DNA of 64,000 nt from Giardia intestinalis (taxonomy: Eukaryota): assembly GCA_000002435.2 (NCBI GenBank), contig CM018790.1; one strand, given 5' to 3'. This document shows, in pieces, positions 19,864 through 29,226 of the stretch (position 1 is its first letter; the number at the start of each line of letters is the position of its first letter). The position numbers and the translations under genes are program-made. A model generated the notes under the pieces. The model saw only the letters and a program-made list of their open reading frames with translations. It ran no database searches and was not told the origin of the DNA.

Positions 19864-22281
19864 TCATATAACTGGGATATAACAGCATCCAATAATAACC
19901 CAGACAGCCGCAATGGTTTCTGCATATCCAAAGACAGAAACGTGCAGTCCTATACGCAGTTTATCCCCATGTGCCTCAACTATACTACGACTTTTATCGT
20001 TTGAAAGAAGCGTCTCTACAATAGGTGGAGCATAGAATCTTAGGCTCCCCATGACCTGCAACGGATAAACTATCAGTGTTTCACGAGAAGAAACATAATT
20101 TTTGAGCGCTACCTTCAAAGTCTCATTGCCTAACTGGCCGATAGTTCCACCCATGAGGCGTGTCTGTTCCCAGGATGCTACTGTGGGCGCCAATATCATA
20201 GAAAGCTGTTCAGATCTGGGTGTTGTCAGTCCAAGTGTTTGCCTCCGTGCTTCAATAAGCCTCCATATATCTGCTGTTAAATAACTGGACAGTGTAGCGG
20301 CCAAGGAGGGGCCAAACGGTTTTAGTATATTCTGGTTTTGAAGCAAACGTGGAAGACGGGTAGAAGTCACTAGATAATCATCGTCATCCATGTTATAGTG
20401 ATAGACATAGCTATTATAGACGCGTTCTATCATGGACTGATTGAAAGCTTTCCAAAATAAGGGCCTGGATATATCTAGAGATATGCCATGTATAAGTTGT
20501 TTTTCAGGTATGTATTGTAGTCTATTTGTACTTTGAATATTAACAAAAAGCATGGTTTCATTGAAAATGCAGTCTATTGTCTCATACGGAAAATGAATAA
20601 CAGTTCCAGCAGAATCAGAGTGTTTATCTATCTTGTATTGACCTTCTGTTGGCAACGAGTGCAGCTCTATCATACCTCCATGATCCGATAACAAGCAGTC
20701 CCAGAATTGAATCACCTGTGCACAGAGTGTGATAACGAACGCAGAGCGGACACTCCTATTTCCAGACACATCCGATTTTAGCCCTGGAAGAGCGCATGTG
20801 CCCAGAGCAACGAATGCCGGTATCTGATATCCTCTCAGCATCGAGCACAAGAGAACTGCCTTGTCAAACGGTGTACCAGCACCGACAGATAGCGTGGTGA
20901 TAACTCGAGACCAGACTAGCTCGTTGTTTCCTGATAGTCCAGCGGTGGCTGGAGTTGATTGGCGTCCAGGTGCTGGCATAAGTTGGATAAAGCGCATGCA
21001 ATAGCTAGCCGTTGGAAGGTACGAGCTTGTAAAGGGAGTGATAAGAGTGGAAATAGGGACCACCATTCCATCATCCCGAAGAGCATGGAGCTGAACAAAA
21101 CGCTTGTCTAGTCCAACCGAACTGGGCTGCGAGCCAAGATAGTCTCTCATAAATACGCTTGCGGTCCTATCATATTCTGCAAGTGCTCTGGAGACTGATC
21201 TTTTTGAGGTTGTTAATATGTCTCTAAGGGAGCGGAAGGAGGCTTCTTCAGAGACATCTGCACTGGTCAGAAGGGGCGTGAAAGTGATTGAAACGTTAAG
21301 AGTACCTAGCCGTATTTTTTCGGTTGGAGTGTTGGGTCCTGGTGCTTGAGAATAAGGGTACATGGGAACACTAACTGCCCCAGCCAGCAGAGAATTGGCC
21401 TTGGTCAGCTCAGTGAAGAACTCCACAAAGCCAACTCGTCCATGTGCATGAAGATACTGCATTCCTGAATAGCTGTGGAACACCGCAAGAAAGGTAAGGT
21501 CAGTTACTTTGAGATCTGAAATTGCTCTGAAAGAAGTCAGCGGAGTGGAGGATATACAGAATCGAATCTTTGAAAACGCTAACGGTGCAAGCCCTATAGT
21601 AGCATCACTTCTTTCACACTTGATTGGCGGACAGACATGCCGCAAATTTCCAAGAGCTATTGTGAGGGTAATCACGCCTTCCTCACTGACGCCAGATTGC
21701 CCACCAAGATTGTTACTACACGGAGGAGCAAGCTCACCCGAGGTGATCTGAACCTCTAGATGTTGTTCTACAAGAGTTCTAGACTCTCTAGCAGCGTGAA
21801 GCGCTGTAAGCATTGAGACGGAATCTCTAACCACTTCACTCATAGCACGTGTTGCCTGACGCTCTGTACTATTTAAATCATCGTGTGTATTCATAGACAA
21901 TACATTAGGCTGTGTGCCCCCCTGGACAGACTCCAAATGGCGGCGAGCTTGCTCTCTTCTTTCCATACGTTCCTCTGCAGACATTGATATGCAATCTGTT
22001 GGCTCTGCAGTGGCCCCAGAGCACTTCGACCTGTGAATAGCATATGCCTCCTTCACTGTTTGCTTATCAAAGGCCTGGTCAAAGTATCTTTCTGCCAGTG
22101 AGTGTACTAAGTTGGACTTTTCCAGGTATACTAAGAGACGCTTTTCTACGTCCCGTGGGTTCATATCTCTATCTATCTTTAGCTCTGGGTCCTTGGACTC
22201 ACTGAGTTCCTGGAAAATGCTCTGCAGCTGCTCTTTTGTAAGCTCTCTTAGAACGAACGCCTTAATGCTCTGGGAGTCCAT
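19864..22281 (-). CDS. Hypothetical protein with a possible transglutaminase-like (TGL) domain
   Basis: 805-aa ORF with ATG at 22279-22281. The segment GTPFDKAVLLCSMLRGYQIPAFVALG resembles the Cys-containing core of TGL domains (G.C..A.L...LLRA.GIPAR.V.G). There is no other recognisable motif. Confidence 0.45.
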   Translation of the reverse strand: MDSQSIKAFVLRELTKEQLQSIFQELSESKDPELKIDRDMNPRDVEKRLLVYLEKSNLVHSLAERYFDQAFDKQTVKEAYAIHRSKCSGATAEPTDCISMSAEERMERREQARRHLESVQGGTQPNVLSMNTHDDLNSTERQATRAMSEVVRDSVSMLTALHAARESRTLVEQHLEVQITSGELAPPCSNNLGGQSGVSEEGVITLTIALGNLRHVCPPIKCERSDATIGLAPLAFSKIRFCISSTPLTSFRAISDLKVTDLTFLAVFHSYSGMQYLHAHGRVGFVEFFTELTKANSLLAGAVSVPMYPYSQAPGPNTPTEKIRLGTLNVSITFTPLLTSADVSEEASFRSLRDILTTSKRSVSRALAEYDRTASVFMRDYLGSQPSSVGLDKRFVQLHALRDDGMVVPISTLITPFTSSYLPTASYCMRFIQLMPAPGRQSTPATAGLSGNNELVWSRVITTLSVGAGTPFDKAVLLCSMLRGYQIPAFVALGTCALPGLKSDVSGNRSVRSAFVITLCAQVIQFWDCLLSDHGGMIELHSLPTEGQYKIDKHSDSAGTVIHFPYETIDCIFNETMLFVNIQSTNRLQYIPEKQLIHGISLDISRPLFWKAFNQSMIERVYNSYVYHYNMDDDDYLVTSTRLPRLLQNQNILKPFGPSLAATLSSYLTADIWRLIEARRQTLGLTTPRSEQLSMILAPTVASWEQTRLMGGTIGQLGNETLKVALKNYVSSRETLIVYPLQVMGSLRFYAPPIVETLLSNDKSRSIVEAHGDKLRIGLHVSVFGYAETIAAVWVIIGCCYIPVI

Positions 22282-22347
22282 GCTTCTGTCTGCTAAAAAC
22301 AGAAGGGCACAAAATCAATTTTTGGTAGTCTCTAGGATCTCGAAAGC

Positions 22348-25300
22348 ATGCGCTTGAATGAGCTTCTGGAGCAATACGGGCTTCAGAACCTTGAAAACTT
22401 ATCTCCAGGATCTTTTACTGATCTCCTAGACACATACTGTCGCGAGTTAAATGGATCCGCTGGTAATGCCATAGATGTCCTAGAGGAGCAAGAAGAGCTT
22501 CCTAAGGCGATCGTTGTATGCATAAGGAAAGCGACATCCCTTCTTCTAGATTCCAGTCATAACCTAGCTGTCTGTCCTTCATTTTGCAAGTTTTGCTCCC
22601 TTCTCTTTACCTTACTCTCTGAATTATCCAACAAGAAGCTTTTGTCTCAATATTCTATGCTTCTCCTTCAATCGTTGGCCAAAATTGCGCACTCTTTGTC
22701 ATCCAGTAGCTCCTTCAGTTCACTCTTTTCTGCTTCACCCTCATCTCGACGTTCACTTTACACCAAGGACACGTATCTTGCAAGCCTTTCTACGTCCAGT
22801 ACACTCCTTATCAGTCTCATTTCTTCGGGGACGGAGTTGGCCACAATTACCTTACTTTCTAACTCCAACAGGTCGGACGGACGAGTTGCTAATTACATAC
22901 AGCTTTTAGAATTTATAGCTACACACGGACCCTTGCTATACTTTATTGGATGTGCAGATTTAGATGACGTACAAACTGAACACGTACAGGTACAGATGCT
23001 TGCAATGGTAGAAAAGATTATACCGTCTTCTATCTTACACATATTGACACATAGAGCTAGTTGTCTGAAGGTCAACACATCAGATGCCCCGGCATCCTCC
23101 GAATTGAAGCGCCTACTTGCAGGGATAAAGCAGTACATGTTCTCTATGTATGCTCTCAGCATATATGCCCAAGGCCACGAAGCTAAGCAGGATGCAGAGG
23201 GTAGTGAGTCATATAGTGAGGACTCTGATCAAAGACTCGATATAAATAATCAAGACAGCACCACGAGTTATTGGCTGTCAGATATCGATGCAAACTTTTC
23301 TCTAGATGAAATGAGCTTTCTTAGATTATACGCCAGCACTGGACTGAGCTCTTTGAACAAAGCACTCGTCCTTTTCATTACTTCCACACTACGAAAGACC
23401 TCTATGGATAGCATGAAGGAGTGGCTTGGTGAACTGTACTCGTTTATCCCTCCATCTGGAAGGCAAATTACTGCGTTAGCTATTCTTTTGATCGAAAGGT
23501 TATTCTCTAGAGGCTTGAAAAGCTATGCACCCCTCTCTGGCTTCTTATTAGATCTGTCTGAGGTGTATTTCATGATGACTGATATGGGCGTATCTGTGCG
23601 CATCATAGATATCTTTGTAGAGATTCAAGCAAGCGGGCCAATAGGCAGGGAATATGTCAGCACCGTTCTTTACCGTAATTTGCTTCGAAATAGATTATCT
23701 GCAACATCACTACGCAGAAGGCAGGCCATATACCTTCTCCAAGAGTTATTTCCAGTTTCCGAAGAGGCAGAGCTGATATCTCTGGACATCGACTCCTTAA
23801 TTTCTGCACTTGGAGACAGTGACACAACGGTTCGGGAGGCCGCTATGGCATGTTCTATTGCCATTCTATCCAAATACTACGACTGTATGCCGTTTGCAGG
23901 GCGATCTAAGCTTCTTTCCAATCTTCTTGAGAGCACTTTCGATATCTCATCTACTATTCGATCCTTGGCCATCAACGGGCTTGTAGAGCTGCACAAAGTG
24001 CCCTCTCTTCGTGCAGATATTAGCTCGTTTGCTTATAATAACCGAGAAAAGCTTTCTCTTCTGCTGCTGGACAGTACACAAAGTGGCGAATCGAATATCA
24101 AAGCATCTGTTCAGCACGCATACATACGGTTCATTTGCAGCATTGCGCACGATGCTGCGCTCCTCTCCACCTCTGAGACCTCTTCTGGCACATCACAATA
24201 CAAAGTACTGACTACGAGTATGCGACTATTTTATTGCACTATCTACTCGCAACTGTTTAGTGGAAATCTTGCCATTTTAAATAACATCTTTCCGACGCCA
24301 ATACAAACGCTACTAGATGCCCGAGAAGAAAGCAGCACGAGCAAGGAAGGGGCAGATTCATCTGGAGGCGAAGTCTTCTTGTCGTTTTTGCGAAATATAA
24401 TTGTTTCGATGGGATACCTTTCAGGTCCTTTAGTCGAAGCTGTGGTAAAGTATCTCAGTGACGATATAGACTCCATGAAACAGCCAGAAACACGGTTGCT
24501 GGGACATGCTGCTGTGCTGAAACTACTTCTATCTCTAGCCTGCTATCTTTACGAAATTATAACTGTGTCTATGGAGAACGAAGAGGTTATACGGTATGTG
24601 ACATATGAGCGTGATCATGAGTATGATACTGGTCAAATAGAGACAAAGTCTATCGAATCCACTATGGAATTCTGCAATCCTTTGTCAATGCTCTTACGAC
24701 TAATACCAGAAGTCTATAGCCATGTCTCGTTGGAACAGACCAACGTCTCTAAGTCTGAACTGCGAGCAAGGCGCCGGAGTATGGCCCCGCTGGTTGGTGA
24801 CCTCACCAGAGAGTGGTGCTCTGGCTGTAGTGTTAAGTTGCTAGCTTTTTTAAAAGAAATATGTTACACAGGCACGGATTCTAAAGCCTCTATGCATGCA
24901 ATGGTGTTAGCCTTCCATTTAGAAAAGGTAGTCATGCAGTTAGATTCTGAGCTCCGTGATAATGAGCATACAGAGGGCCCTCCATTTAAAGAATCTTATA
25001 GCACTGAGTTCTCCAATGCTGCTGTTTCTTTCGCTCGGTCCATTGGCCAATCGTACTTGATAGAGCCGGCAACTTGGTACCTTGAATGCTTGTGCCACAC
25101 CCACGACTGTGCTTTTATAAACGCTGAATGTGTGGATGTCATAGACCTTTCTATACTCATTGCAGAGCGAACGGACTATGAAGTTGATGAATCTTTGTTA
25201 GGGCTCTCTGGCGCCACAAACTACAAAAGGATCATAATGCGATATTATAGCAAGGATTATAGCAAGAGCTTCATAGGTGCTAACAATGCTCTCGATGTTG

Positions 25301-26073
25301 TCAAGGAGACGATAGTGGAGATGGCTCAGTTGCTGGTTAGTGTCTACTCATGGAAAACGAACAAGACAGAGAACGACAATCACAAGTACATGGAGCGATT
25401 GATACTAGCGTGCTGTTGCAAAGCATGGTCACTGCTATGCTACTTGTACACACATTGGTTGCTTAGTGACGATGATGTCCTGCCACGGGAGCTTGAAGAC
25501 ATGTGGACAGCAGGTATCAGTCTGGTATTATTTTTCTGCACTTATCTATTCAAGACTGTCTATCGTAGCAGTCTGGGAGATTCTGACATAATCATCTCAG
25601 ATAGATCTTATAGCATGCTGTCACTGTTAGCTGGGATTGGAATAGATGCTATGATAATATCACTCTTGATCAATCTAAGCATATCGTATAGCCCTTTGGC
25701 GACGCAGATTATTATACAGTTTCATAATTACTTCATGAAGAATGATGTTCGTAGCAGTTCTTTTACCTTAAGGGCAATATGTATTAACAACGAGGGCGTG
25801 CTAGGGAAAGTATTTAGTACTGAAGAGCTGGAAACAGGGCCGGGAGCCCTTATGTCTCTGCTTTTACAAAAGTGCACTTCAATCATGCTTGAGCGAGCAA
25901 AAGCACATGGCGCAGAGCGTCAGAGGTGTATACTTTGTATCGTCGATAGGCTGATCACTTCGAAATCTCTTGAAGATTTGAGCCTCCGCGACGCTATTTT
26001 TACTTCAATGGAGCCAGATTCCAAAAAAGTCTATTATGACCTCCTCTTGCTAGCCAAGTGCTTAGATCATTAG
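22348..26073 (+). CDS. Large hypothetical protein (1241 aa), possibly alpha-helical/HEAT-like
   Basis: Long uninterrupted ORF starting at ATG 22348, typical Giardia codon usage, Leu/Ser-rich helical repeats. No catalytic motif recognised. Confidence 0.55.
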   Translation: MRLNELLEQYGLQNLENLSPGSFTDLLDTYCRELNGSAGNAIDVLEEQEELPKAIVVCIRKATSLLLDSSHNLAVCPSFCKFCSLLFTLLSELSNKKLLSQYSMLLLQSLAKIAHSLSSSSSFSSLFSASPSSRRSLYTKDTYLASLSTSSTLLISLISSGTELATITLLSNSNRSDGRVANYIQLLEFIATHGPLLYFIGCADLDDVQTEHVQVQMLAMVEKIIPSSILHILTHRASCLKVNTSDAPASSELKRLLAGIKQYMFSMYALSIYAQGHEAKQDAEGSESYSEDSDQRLDINNQDSTTSYWLSDIDANFSLDEMSFLRLYASTGLSSLNKALVLFITSTLRKTSMDSMKEWLGELYSFIPPSGRQITALAILLIERLFSRGLKSYAPLSGFLLDLSEVYFMMTDMGVSVRIIDIFVEIQASGPIGREYVSTVLYRNLLRNRLSATSLRRRQAIYLLQELFPVSEEAELISLDIDSLISALGDSDTTVREAAMACSIAILSKYYDCMPFAGRSKLLSNLLESTFDISSTIRSLAINGLVELHKVPSLRADISSFAYNNREKLSLLLLDSTQSGESNIKASVQHAYIRFICSIAHDAALLSTSETSSGTSQYKVLTTSMRLFYCTIYSQLFSGNLAILNNIFPTPIQTLLDAREESSTSKEGADSSGGEVFLSFLRNIIVSMGYLSGPLVEAVVKYLSDDIDSMKQPETRLLGHAAVLKLLLSLACYLYEIITVSMENEEVIRYVTYERDHEYDTGQIETKSIESTMEFCNPLSMLLRLIPEVYSHVSLEQTNVSKSELRARRRSMAPLVGDLTREWCSGCSVKLLAFLKEICYTGTDSKASMHAMVLAFHLEKVVMQLDSELRDNEHTEGPPFKESYSTEFSNAAVSFARSIGQSYLIEPATWYLECLCHTHDCAFINAECVDVIDLSILIAERTDYEVDESLLGLSGATNYKRIIMRYYSKDYSKSFIGANNALDVVKETIVEMAQLLVSVYSWKTNKTENDNHKYMERLILACCCKAWSLLCYLYTHWLLSDDDVLPRELEDMWTAGISLVLFFCTYLFKTVYRSSLGDSDIIISDRSYSMLSLLAGIGIDAMIISLLINLSISYSPLATQIIIQFHNYFMKNDVRSSSFTLRAICINNEGVLGKVFSTEELETGPGALMSLLLQKCTSIMLERAKAHGAERQRCILCIVDRLITSKSLEDLSLRDAIFTSMEPDSKKVYYDLLLLAKCLDH

Positions 26074-26159
26074 CTTAAATGGGGGCGCATAATTAAATAA
26101 ACCGGGAGACTCCCCTGACAGTTTCCCTGCGTTCCAATAAAAAATACTGTGGCCTGATT

Positions 26160-28427
26160 ATGCCAACTATACTTCCACGCTTCACTTATGTTAAACGGTC
26201 TGGAGACGCACTGACGCCTCTGGGCTCATTTGTTTGTCTTTTTCTCATGGCGATGGACCTGTTCTATGCGTATGCCCTGTCCTCGCAGCTAAGAGTCACG
26301 CAGGAACTTATGTTTTCTATGCCAGCCCACATAATTTCCTTGACTACGATAGTAGGCTTTATTCTTGCTGGGTATATTTCGTTGCCACTTCGCGGCCTTC
26401 TCACCTGTACGCTTGTGGGGTCGGCTATCCCTGTTTTAATCTGCGGAATCGTCTTGACAGCGGGGGCAGCTCCTGTAAGCTCCTGTAGCTATGGACTTGC
26501 CGCATTTGTGGGGATTGCGCTCGGGATTCGTGTCCCCGGCATCTTTGTCTATATGCTTGATGTGAGTCGGAGCCGATTGGGGAACCGTTCAGGGCTCGTG
26601 ATCTCTGGATATCTCTTTGCCTTTTGTCTATGTCTAGTGCAGCAAGCGTTTCTTTACCAAGCCATTGGAATGACAACCTTGAACAAGGCGACCTCGTCTA
26701 CAACTTCGTCTGAATTGTCAGCACTATATACAACTGCCATAACGCCACATATTTCCTATCTGACACTTTCTTATGGCATTGTTTTATCCCTGGGAAGTCT
26801 TATTTTCGTTATTAGTGCAATGCCACACAAGCTTGATCCTAAATCCGGGGATTACAAGCCGCAAACAAAGCGCCAAAAAATTTCATCGTTCAGAGCTGTA
26901 TCCTCTGAGGTTGCAGCCCCTATTGTCTCTCCATTTCACATTACTGGGGTTAAAGTGGGAGATCAGTACATCGCGAATTCCTCTTCGCACTTGAGCACTG
27001 CAAGCCCCCGGACAGCCTATTCTAGCACCATCAAGACGCCTCTAGATATTGCACAGGCAGAGTCAAATCCCCATGCGGTTCTCTCGTCAACTACCAATGG
27101 GTCGGTTATGTTTGCGGTCCATAGCGTTAATACCATGAAGAATATGACCTTTGCAGCATATGAAACATCCTTCAATAATAGCGGTAACGATGTCCGACAT
27201 AACGGAGTGAAGACTCTTCGCCTGTTCAACAAGGGTGTCCACAATAGACTTGCGTATCAAATATGCGCCTTGGTGTGCTTGTTAGCGTCTCTGGAGATTC
27301 TGTTTGCCGCGCTAGCTTACGTTCAGTACAATCTCTCGTCTATAGGGCACCTGAGGACGATATTCCTCCGCCTGGTACCGGATCTGGACAAAATAGGAGG
27401 CTCTACGGGCAGCACTGATCCGTCTAAAAGGCTATATTTACAAAACCTTTTTGCGCTGGCAATCTGGTGCGGAGTCTCCTGCTTTTTATTGTTTATTTTT
27501 TCCATTCTCGCTGCATTTGTCTCTCCCTTGTTTATTAGTTATCGTCAGCGTCTCCTAGAGCTTCCTGGCACCAAGAAGCTAATTTACACGCTCGTAACAC
27601 CAGCTATCCTCTCGTTTCTTCTTCTTTACCTCCCCAATCTGTTAGTTGCTTTCTTCTGTGGTACCACACAGTGCCCCGGATATGAAAATCCATTCACGAT
27701 CTATTTCGTTATTATAATATCAGTATTTGGCGGGTCCTGTGTTCTGTTTCTTGTCTCCCTTAGTATTGCACACATTTATGAGTTTACAGAACAGCTCAAT
27801 CGAAAGTTTAGCCGCCCCATTATTAGGCTCATGGCTCTCCCTTTGATTATCAATCCTCTTGTTGCTCGTCTGTTGGTGTTCGACTTATCTCGCATACCAT
27901 ACTTTTCGGTAGTTTACTCCGAGCTCAATAACAGTTCTACGTCACAGGCACTTGTTCTGGTTGGCATTCTTATTAGCATAAGTGGGCTGCTTACTGCCCT
28001 GGGACTGATACTGATAGTGGTCGGTAAGGGACACGAGCATACGGCACAAGTGGACTTTGAAAAGATAGGGATAACCCTTAAGTCTCCAAATGCATCTCGG
28101 AAGGGCGCAGGTAGTCTTCAGAAGAAGCCCTTAAAAGATGATGAAGTGCTCCATGAAATCCCGAAGCCTTTTTCACGCGTGCTCGTGGAGCCATCCGATC
28201 AGTCCCAGAGCCATGAAGAAGCTCAAAGCACGGGGGATCAAAGCCACTGTCTGGAAAAGGCACATCCTAATCATCCGACCACTGACAACGGTCCTTTAAG
28301 CCGATCAATTTATCAACACGAGGTTGTCTGCGACTCGTCGACTCCCGCGTCTCCAGCAAGCATTTCTCCAAACACTACTATGACTAGCCAGTTACGTAGG
28401 CCAAGAGACAGCCTCACAGACCCTTAG
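26160..28427 (+). CDS. 12-TM membrane protein with 6+6 topology (MFS-transporter-like)
   Basis: Six hydrophobic helices, a ~150-aa hydrophilic loop, six more helices, then a hydrophilic Ser/Pro-rich C-terminal tail. ATG at 26160. Confidence 0.55.
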   Translation: MPTILPRFTYVKRSGDALTPLGSFVCLFLMAMDLFYAYALSSQLRVTQELMFSMPAHIISLTTIVGFILAGYISLPLRGLLTCTLVGSAIPVLICGIVLTAGAAPVSSCSYGLAAFVGIALGIRVPGIFVYMLDVSRSRLGNRSGLVISGYLFAFCLCLVQQAFLYQAIGMTTLNKATSSTTSSELSALYTTAITPHISYLTLSYGIVLSLGSLIFVISAMPHKLDPKSGDYKPQTKRQKISSFRAVSSEVAAPIVSPFHITGVKVGDQYIANSSSHLSTASPRTAYSSTIKTPLDIAQAESNPHAVLSSTTNGSVMFAVHSVNTMKNMTFAAYETSFNNSGNDVRHNGVKTLRLFNKGVHNRLAYQICALVCLLASLEILFAALAYVQYNLSSIGHLRTIFLRLVPDLDKIGGSTGSTDPSKRLYLQNLFALAIWCGVSCFLLFIFSILAAFVSPLFISYRQRLLELPGTKKLIYTLVTPAILSFLLLYLPNLLVAFFCGTTQCPGYENPFTIYFVIIISVFGGSCVLFLVSLSIAHIYEFTEQLNRKFSRPIIRLMALPLIINPLVARLLVFDLSRIPYFSVVYSELNNSSTSQALVLVGILISISGLLTALGLILIVVGKGHEHTAQVDFEKIGITLKSPNASRKGAGSLQKKPLKDDEVLHEIPKPFSRVLVEPSDQSQSHEEAQSTGDQSHCLEKAHPNHPTTDNGPLSRSIYQHEVVCDSSTPASPASISPNTTMTSQLRRPRDSLTDP

Positions 28428-28470
28428 CACCCCTGAAATAAGCATCAAAAACAAAGAGATCAATTTACAG

Positions 28471-28947
28471 TCAATACTCCTCAGGGATCGTATAACAACC
28501 CTCAGATAACATAAAGAGATGGTCCACGCTGATGTCAAAGGTAAAAAACAGGTGTTTTTGGCTACATGTAACCTTGCGGAGATCCATCATCTCAGGGAAC
28601 GCTGAACAGAATGTTATTGACTGAAAAACGCTGCGACAAAGGCTATGGTAATCGCTTGCGGTGAACTGAGGAGATTTAGGAGGAGCCGCGGTGCATTTTT
28701 TTGAGGGCGCAAAAACATCATTGTTGGCACCTAGGGAGGGAGATTGCGTTATTGGGGATCTAATATCTCGTGTAGTGGTGATAATAGGCGAATCCACCTC
28801 CTCGTGGAGAAAGTCTGGCTCTAGGTCGGGGACACTCAAAGGTGCGTCTTCGTACGATATATTGCGCTTTAGAACAGGCTCGTGTTCGTGTACAGTTGGT
28901 GAAATAATACAAGAAGAAGGTTCTGCTGGGGTGGGTGTCTGATTCAT
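28471..28947 (-). CDS. Small hypothetical protein (158 aa), weak support
   Basis: ATG-initiated ORF in the convergent intergenic region, low-complexity sequence, no domain recognised. Confidence 0.25.
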   Translation of the reverse strand: MNQTPTPAEPSSCIISPTVHEHEPVLKRNISYEDAPLSVPDLEPDFLHEEVDSPIITTTRDIRSPITQSPSLGANNDVFAPSKKCTAAPPKSPQFTASDYHSLCRSVFQSITFCSAFPEMMDLRKVTCSQKHLFFTFDISVDHLFMLSEGCYTIPEEY

Positions 28948-29226
28948 TTGGGTGTGATTTTTTGAAAGTCAAAATATGAAAAAGCGGAAGATTTTTTGAA
29001 GGTTAAAAGCGGGCTAGCTGACTTTGTCATAGGTTCTGTCTGCCAGCACTGTACCGCGCCCCAACCCTTCTGCTTGTCTGGGTTAGCTTTTAGATATCAA
29101 TCTTTTAATTTTTAACTATTATTTTTAGTGGATTAATTACATTCTAATCAACGTCCTACAAACTTACCAACGTATTCACGAAACTTCTGGTCCTAATTCA
29201 AGTATAATCTAGTCTAAAATTAGGGT

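Noticed and set aside
28950-29010. Short direct repeat gattttttgaa(a/g)g...aaaagcgg occurring twice in the convergent intergenic region upstream of the HCMP 3' end
   Set aside because: Only two copies of ~15 bp in an A/T-rich spacer. It could be a poly(A)-signal-associated motif or chance, and is too weak to call.
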